Notes under the pieces: model-generated
What the model was told of the DNA's origin: nothing
Database searches by the model: none
Seen by the model: only the letters and a program-made list of their open reading frames with translations
In this document: positions 55,301 to 64,000 of the stretch, in pieces
How positions within the stretch are numbered: the first letter of the stretch is position 1
How the letters are laid out: each line of letters begins with the position of its first letter
NCBI GenBank assembly: GCA_964035545.1
Contig: OZ037766.1
Span: 20,882,767 to 20,946,766, forward strand
DNA: 64,000 bases
Direction: 5' to 3'
Source of the DNA: Bugula neritina
Taxonomy: Eukaryota; Animalia; Bryozoa
Program-made: the position numbers and the translations under genes

Positions 55301-57433
55301 CCCGACGATAAACGTCTCTTGGATGGCCTGGTTACGGACGTAACCAGTTAGCTCAATAATGCCGTAGAAGGGAATGCAGGACCCGTCTGCCAGGGTGCCA
55401 TGATCCCCCTCATACGGTGCCAACCTGTCCTTGACCTTAGCGCTGAGGGTGTCAAAGAACTGACGGCTAAGGAGGTTGGTGGTGCAGCCTGAGTCCAGGA
55501 GGAAGTTGGCAGGTTTGCCGGCTAGCTTTCCTGGTAGGAAGTAGCTACTTCCGTGTGGCTGCAATTGTGTGTGCCGTGGTTGCACCTCCCTCGCTGTGGG
55601 TCGAGGGGTCCACGGTTGGCGGCGACTATTGACCAGCTGCCGAGGTTGGGGCGGTACGCCTTGCGGCGCCTGTACCGTTTCCCTCGCAGGCTCTGTAGTC
55701 AACCGTCTGCCGGCTCCGTGTTGGTGCCGGAGTGGCGTAGAGGACCCAGGTGGCGAGTGGCGGGAGCCTACTTGCCGCGGGGGTCGCCACTTCACAGCAT
55801 CTCCGCGCGGCGCCCAGCGGGGCGACAGACGCGCGGGCCTCCCTGGGTGATTCACAGACGGCCCGCAGGAGGTGGGAACATCTGCGGGCCGTGGTAGTTT
55901 AACCCTTGTGGGAGCTGAGGGCAGTCTCTCTGGAAATGTCCTGGCCTTCCGCATTCCCAGCAGAAGTGGTGCCCCATGCCTGGTGATTGTACCTGCGGCC
56001 CGCTAGGCTCACGGGCAGTATCTACCTGGCTTGGGGAAGCTAATGTGGTGACCAGTTTATCTAGCATGTCAGTCATCTGTGAGATTTTTGACGCTAGTGA
56101 CATCTGGTTCACATTAGCCACCGCGGAGGGTTCCGCGTCTAATTCGGCGTGAGCAGTAGAGTGCTCCGTGGTCACCTGGCGGGAGGCCACGCGGTTGCGG
56201 TGCATATGAGTCGCCAAGAGGTAGGCTTCTCCCACCGCAAGTGCATCTTCGACTGTGGTGACTCCCCTCGCTTGGAGTTGATGGTGGAGCCCCAAGTCGT
56301 TGATGGACTGCACGAAGGCATCATAAGTATACCTCTCACGGTGTACCGGAGGCAGATCGCGGAATGCAATCTGCGCTAGTGGGTACACCGTGGCAGCGTG
56401 CTCTTCTAGTGACGTGTGAGGATCACGCCGCATCCTCTGTAGACGGGCCCGCGCATCTATGGGAGAGATGCCAAAACGGGCCCGCAGGGAAGCAAAGATT
56501 CCGTCTATGTCAGGTCCCGCTCCGTACGGCTTAGCTTTGCCCGTCAGCGCCATCCTGAGCTTGAGCAGCGCCACCCTTGGCGGCCACTCTAAAATCTCCA
56601 TCACATCTTGGAATATTTGGATAAACTGCTCCACTGCTTCTTCGCCTGCGAAGGTGGGCGCCTTCATCCGGTATCTGTCTTCACCATACTCTCTAAGAAT
56701 TCTCACTTCTTCATCTAACACCACTGGTTCCACAGGTATATCAACATTATCTCTCTCACCTTCATTCAGTGGAATGGGTAGCTCCGTGCCGTCTTCTGCC
56801 ATGACTGCTATACGCAAGATCCCACCGCTGCCACCACTGTAGTAATTTGTGCAATTACTGAGCGTGAGTTATTTACTTGCGTATAGTTAGCTGGTTATTC
56901 TGTTATCAATTACTAAGGTAGCTGTCGAGTAATTATATTTATTCTCCACAATAAAGCATAAACCAAACATCACATCAAATTATCCTATACAAGAGTCAAC
57001 TACTAACACATGTTACTACTACAAGCCTCCGCTTACAACAACGTGGTATAATGTTAATAACCCGGGAAGTGTCACGTGAATCGGAAGCATATCTTCCGGA
57101 GCTGCTAATTGGTTGCTACATAAGGGTCTAAGTATTCCAAGAGTAGGGAGAGGGCGATTCCCGTATTTGTACTTTGCACTACTCACTACAATATTAATAT
57201 TAAAATATAATTTATAATTATATGAAATTTAACTGTTAATTTTTATCAGAATGATGATAGTGATGAATATTAGTATTATTATTACTATAGTCATTGGTAA
57301 TACGAAGATTATTATCATAGTATAATTTATTAATTATGAATGCAACTTACTTTCTTGCCGATTCGTCAAAAACCAAGAAAGATTTGGCTCGCTTAGCTTT
57401 CATTAACCTTTTCTTTTCAGCTTTCTTTCCCAT
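49392..57433 (-). CDS. NOL12: Nucleolar protein 12 (Rrp17/Nop25 family). Exons 57351-57433, 50530-50635, ~50187-50406, 49392-49566; intron 1 contains the LTR element
   Basis: Exons 1 and 2 splice in phase 2 to MGKKAEKKRLMKAKRAKSFLVFDESARKEWLTSFSKRKKERQDKA, matching the Nop25 motif FD...R.E.LT.F.KRK.ER. An acidic middle and a lysine-rich tail follow. Confidence 0.85.
52667..53019 (-). repeat. 3' LTR (353 bp)
   Basis: Direct repeat of 56838-57190, preceded on the element strand by the purine-rich tract GGGGGGGACGG (53020-53030). Confidence 0.97.
53313..54155 (-). CDS. Element ORF3: tandem C2H2/C2HC zinc fingers plus C-terminal coiled coil; start unclear (no ATG before the fingers)
   Basis: CQVC-x12-H-x3-H followed by CPC-x12-H-x3-C (53900-53763), a P/T-rich linker, and heptad-like LANVEERLVRLQAEFTQL...LYQLKDSVGRLKRRL; 280 open codons. 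Confidence 0.7.
   Translation of the reverse strand: MYEKVSAGGDCQPGRKQLHDTSGRLGEARKATSVLESAPTAPNVKPAIITTSRTRNRSGSAKTPRGRGSARRIEEAWGPSGPHRTCQVCFEECPSHRSLRLHVDAHFLLHFCPCGFNDVYPYPVTVHKLSCFAGENHTVDEDSFPLYLDAIKPVIRKAITLAALASGFHVLLLSARHKSPMVQGPPPTPVNPSNTPEVEETTISPLTETTTTPPRPSQLANVEERLVRLQAEFTQLAPDLLDTTTGLYQLKDSVGRLKRRLRARQARHRARSLQESESNQ
53846..55903 (-). CDS. pol: Truncated Pol in the -1 frame: aspartic protease, dUTPase-like spacer and integrase HHCC zinc-binding domain; no RT, RNase H or DDE core
   Basis: FLLDSGCTTNLL and DAILGMPFL (retropepsin); HEETHGG...WYWPNMERDIRRRVRRCKVCQ (integrase zinc domain). No YxDD, RNase H or D,D35E motif in the 702-aa ORF. Confidence 0.85.
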   Translation of the reverse strand, partial: VKLPRPADVPTSCGPSVNHPGRPARLSPRWAPRGDAVKWRPPRQVGSRHSPPGSSTPLRHQHGAGRRLTTEPARETVQAPQGVPPQPRQLVNSRRQPWTPRPTAREVQPRHTQLQPHGSSYFLPGKLAGKPANFLLDSGCTTNLLSRQFFDTLSAKVKDRLAPYEGDHGTLADGSCIPFYGIIELTGYVRNQAIQETFIVGQLNEDAILGMPFLQRHGCRIDFSKSAMIMGDKELACVDKFGRPLAGAVQVVRSCTIPGHSRATVRCKVDGGQTSKLGVVESTHSRVQLAHSFSRLTGQGEISVQCVNPFSETVDLPPRSMLGRFHPVQEEAIGPSSGATTEGPQQSPSRGRRTVPTHASPPPGTRGCTGNGKRQAMARLPHGYSEAFRHTDHGARLNRAGCRGVPRAARTAPAQLLQQRADTPPEAVQSLRAKPVWAGNVRELPKLQECLPGVVADVYRAKQEGRRPSSTQRRQGCAELRLYCQRWSSLRVGPDGLLTMTLAANSRQPARKRVVCPAAIRRKLIQDTHEETHGGVQGVVTKLQLRWYWPNMERDIRRRVRRCKVCQTNKHSRLPGKAGRQTHCTRRSRQAETVNLAGNNSMTRREDLARRERPLPSLKVRPPPPTSSLPSSPLPEPETGPEVQKPPVGGAPQGELRKPGDPVDPTEPARSALRSARHTAPCVYM
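55852..56802 (-). CDS. gag: Retrotransposon Gag (capsid plus CCHC zinc knuckle), 316 aa from ATG 56802
   Basis: Intact ORF right after the PBS; capsid-like KAPTFAGEEAVEQFI...EW...LRMALTGKAK...LRARFG; zinc knuckle CWECGRPGHFQRDC. Confidence 0.92.
   Translation of the reverse strand: MAEDGTELPIPLNEGERDNVDIPVEPVVLDEEVRILREYGEDRYRMKAPTFAGEEAVEQFIQIFQDVMEILEWPPRVALLKLRMALTGKAKPYGAGPDIDGIFASLRARFGISPIDARARLQRMRRDPHTSLEEHAATVYPLAQIAFRDLPPVHRERYTYDAFVQSINDLGLHHQLQARGVTTVEDALAVGEAYLLATHMHRNRVASRQVTTEHSTAHAELDAEPSAVANVNQMSLASKISQMTDMLDKLVTTLASPSQVDTAREPSGPQVQSPGMGHHFCWECGRPGHFQRDCPQLPQGLNYHGPQMFPPPAGRL
55858..55903 (-). promoter_or_regulatory. Candidate -1 ribosomal frameshift signal (gag-pol)
   Basis: G_UUA_AAC in the gag frame (55903-55897), followed by an 11-bp perfect stem ACGGCCCGCAG/CTGCGGGCCGT with a 13-nt loop. 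Pol is in the -1 frame. Confidence 0.8.
56819..56836 (-). promoter_or_regulatory. Primer-binding site complementary to the tRNA-Leu 3' end
   Basis: TGGTGGCAGCGGTGGGAT lies 1 nt after the 5' LTR. It is the complement of the 3' 18 nt (ATCCCACCGCTGCCA-CCA) of metazoan tRNA-Leu(AAG/TAG) as remembered. Confidence 0.9.
56838..57190 (-). repeat. 5' LTR (353 bp)
   Basis: Identical by eye to 52667-53019. Contains CCAAT, CCGGAAG and CACGTG motifs and a sense AATAAA (56938-56943). Confidence 0.97.
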
Positions 57434-58570
57434 TATGATTCGATTGTTATGCAAAAATATATAAAAAATAAATTTAACCCGGAAATTATACAATTGAAAT
57501 TTTAATAAAAAAAAACTATTTACTAGTACTGCTCTAAAAATAGAAACAGTTGGAGCTTAGCTGAAGATGAGCTGCTTGAATCAAGAGTCACGTCTTGTTT
57601 TATACTAAAGCACTTAAATGGATTCGACTTCATAACTTTCGGCCTTGAAATCGGGCAATAACCAGCGCGAACTTTAACCCTTTGGCAATAACCAATGAAT
57701 TGAAACTTATATTAATAGCAATATCATGCCCATTGAGTAAAACTAGCGATGTATATATAAATTAACCTTTTGGGTAACACAAGGCCCGTATATATACCTA
57801 CTAGTATAACAAATACAGTATGGTTGTAGTGCTCTATATGAAATTTCAAAGGCAAGTTAAGATTTAGTAACTTCCACTCATCCTTTTTAGAATGCCCCAA
57901 TGCAGTAGCTATATGCATTATAAACTTAATAACTAATTATTGGCTGTATTACTTTTAGCAAGATGCAAAGAAAAAATTATGAAAAGGAAGGGTGGTTTTG
58001 TGTGAAGAAGTGTATGCGAATACATTATGATCATATAGATGGCAGTATTTTCTAATTATAGGCATAACAGTACACTTATTGTGTCTCAAATTATTTTAAT
58101 GCACTTTTGCTTCTCGTCACTCTCAAAGTCGACGTTTTATATTGAGTTTCAAATGTTTTGCTGCGCCATTGCAAAACACTTTTGAAATAATGAGCATTCA
58201 TGCTTGAAACTTATGAAAAAACTTTGTTTATTCTTGTATAAAAACCTGAGCTTCAACAAAGTGATGTTTGAACAGTTGCTTCACACATGCAACTGTAAAA
58301 CATGCAACCTCAACTTTTACTTTAATCTTGCTGCTGAATATCTGTGAAAAAAGCAAATAATGGCTATAATTTTCAATAATTGAAATAGTTTATATAGTGT
58401 ATATGCTGTGTATTGATTACCAAGTATGTGTTTTATAATGTTTATAAAATAAAGAACACAACATAAAATACCAAATTAAAAATAATAAAGCATGTCATAA
58501 CAATGGAATCATGACAATTTGCAAGCGTACAAATGACTATTACTGTTTCACACTCCAAATACAAAAATAA

Positions 58571-59755
58571 CTATTTTATTCCTTGAAGCTTTGGAAGGTC
58601 AGTGTCAATCAGCTTTTTGAGCCGCTCTAAATACGCTCCGTAGAGCTCTACGTCATTATGACCAGCCCCTTCCACCCATAGAGGCTCCACAGTTACTGGT
58701 GCCTTGTCGTAGATCTCCAAACCATGGGAGAAGTCAATCACTTCATCATCTGTCCCATGGATTACCATCAATGGAGATTTGATTTTGCTTATTTTATCAA
58801 TGCTAAAAATTGAATTTAGACGATAGAATTATACTGGAACAAAGCAACTTTTACAGCTCTCTAATTATATAATTGTAAAAGTTTTAAGTAGGCATAAAAA
58901 GTAAAACAGAACAGTGATATATAATTGAAGAACATTATTTTATAATACACATCAAATTATACAGTATAATTTTCATTTCTATTCTGCTTTGGAAGACAAA
59001 ATAAAGCACTGATTTGCACTTAAATAACTTCTTATCAGTAGAATAAGCGTGACTCTTAGATAGGTACACAACAAGTAAATTGGACCAAATGAGTATACTC
59101 ACTTAACAAAGGAGTCACAGCAGTAAGTTCTCTGAGTGTCAGGACAAGCAACTCTCAGGCCAGACATCAGTGGCGCGTGAAGAATAACCGCAGCTACCTC
59201 ATACCTGGAGGCCAGATCTACTGTTGGAACCGAGCCTATACTCTGACCATAAAGAATCACATTCTCTGGATTTTGATTATATCTAGTGCGGAGTATATAG
59301 TAGGCTATGTCAATGTCATGATACATATTTCTCTCCGAAGGTTTGCCTTCACTAACACCATAACCCGAGTAATCATAGCTGCATATATTCACTTTGAGGC
59401 GTGTACCAAGACCAATGAAAAAGCTAGACATCTGTCCAAGATCAACGGCATTTCCGTGGCTGAATAATAGAGTGTACCGAGAAGGTCCCGTGCATCGCAC
59501 AAACATAACGCATATCTTATTACCGCCCTTAGTCCGTGCTTTGAACACCTCGATACAGTCCAACTCTTTCTGACTGTACTGAAACTCTGCTCTGTCAGTA
59601 AGATGCAGACTATAGCTAGCTCCGTTGTCCTCTGTACTCACTGTGTATGACGGTTCTGGGGGAAGAAATGCCAACTTCTTCGCTATACTTGCAGGACAAG
59701 GCGGACAACAAAACAAACAACAGAATTCTCCACAAGTCAATGCATTCATTGCCAT
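58571..59755 (-). CDS. ABHD17: Alpha/beta hydrolase domain-containing protein 17 (depalmitoylase); coding exons 59103-59755 and 58571-58802
   Basis: N-terminal [24 protein letters not shown] cluster, [11 protein letters not shown], nucleophile [19 protein letters not shown] and GAGHNDVE. Confidence 0.97.
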
Positions 59756-60208
59756 GGTTTTTAGATGATGATTAACAGGTAGTTCTATTTGTATTTGAAG
59801 GATTTACAATGTCAAACACTTTGCCTTGATGTCTAACAATAAGTGACATGATGGAATAAATACTCCTCTAGTACCAACAATACAAATAAAATCTAAGTGA
59901 CAACTGTTTTATTATTATAAAATATTATCAAAAAATATTATCATAATGTGTTGTAAAAAATTATTATCAAAGTTTAATCAACCTTCAACATAAGAATAGC
60001 ATTTACAATAAGGGTAACATACCACCTGTTATACAAATAACTATAGTATTTACAGAAAAATAAAACATGGTTAAAGATATCAACAAAATTCCTCTCAAGA
60101 AAATCAATAATGTGATTATTTCATCTGGAATAGTTATTACAAGTTCAATTTAATAGAAGATACCACAGCAAACTAACAGGAATTATGCAGTCTCTGAATA
60201 GACACAAA

Positions 60209-63813
<3,605 letters not shown>

Positions 63814-64000
63814 CTACAATAAAAGATAAAACTTAGCCATAAGTCATGCAAATAATAAAACTTCAGTTATGAAGTGGAAGTTCTAAGTTGGTTTTTATGA
63901 AATGGTGCAAGCACTTGTGATAATAAATTATTTTGCTTGACAGATTATATTATTAATCAAAACAAATCATGCCACATAATGTTTCCAAAACAAGATCGAA

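Larger units (their letters stand above)
52667..57190 (-). mobile_element. Ty3/Gypsy-type LTR retrotransposon, 4524 bp, internally deleted (non-autonomous), recent insertion
   Basis: Two 353-bp direct repeats with TGTAGT...ACTACA termini; 4-bp TSD ATAT (52663-52666 and 57191-57194); PBS; PPT; GC-rich interior with gag, protease and integrase zinc-binding motifs. Confidence 0.97.

Noticed and set aside
55852-56802. Domesticated Arc/PEG10-like gag gene
   Set aside because: Flanked by identical LTRs, PBS, PPT and TSD, so it is a recent mobile copy.
53248-56842. Numerous plus-strand ORFs inside the LTR element
   Set aside because: Shadow frames of GC-rich coding sequence with no recognisable motifs.

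Overview
AT-rich, intron-rich animal (invertebrate-like) genomic DNA; the species cannot be fixed from the sequence. Seven spliced host genes can be reconstructed by eye: WDR91 (-, 429-9104) head-to-head with CNOT3 (+, 9403-18611), GFM2 (+, 22659-28497) converging on a PTBP/hnRNP I gene (-, 29727 to at least 40870; 5' end uncertain), NOL12 (-, 49392-57433), ABHD17 (-, 58571-59755) and the 3' half of a LIM kinase (-, 60209-63813, continuing out of the window). Mobile DNA: a 4524-bp Ty3/Gypsy-type LTR element in NOL12 intron 1 (apparently identical LTRs, ATAT TSD, tRNA-Leu PBS), a decayed Academ-like DNA transposon carrying an RTE-like LINE fragment, an R4-like LINE relic, three copies of a tRNA-derived SINE, a MITE and a foldback element. 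Most notable: (1) the LTR element is young but lacks RT, RNase H and the integrase core, while keeping open Gag, a -1 frameshift signal, protease and an extra zinc-finger/coiled-coil ORF; (2) a 29-bp minisatellite has multiplied a GFM2 splice acceptor, giving 14 decoy YAG|GT sites ahead of the only productive one; (3) the PTBP gene has the 34-nt NMD-switch exon with a 317-nt AG-free zone, as in vertebrates; (4) periodic A-N-T low-complexity islands flank the 5' ends of five genes; (5) LIMK and ABHD17 are packed too closely for an obvious independent ABHD17 promoter. All alignments and homologies were judged by eye from remembered sequences; no searches were run.
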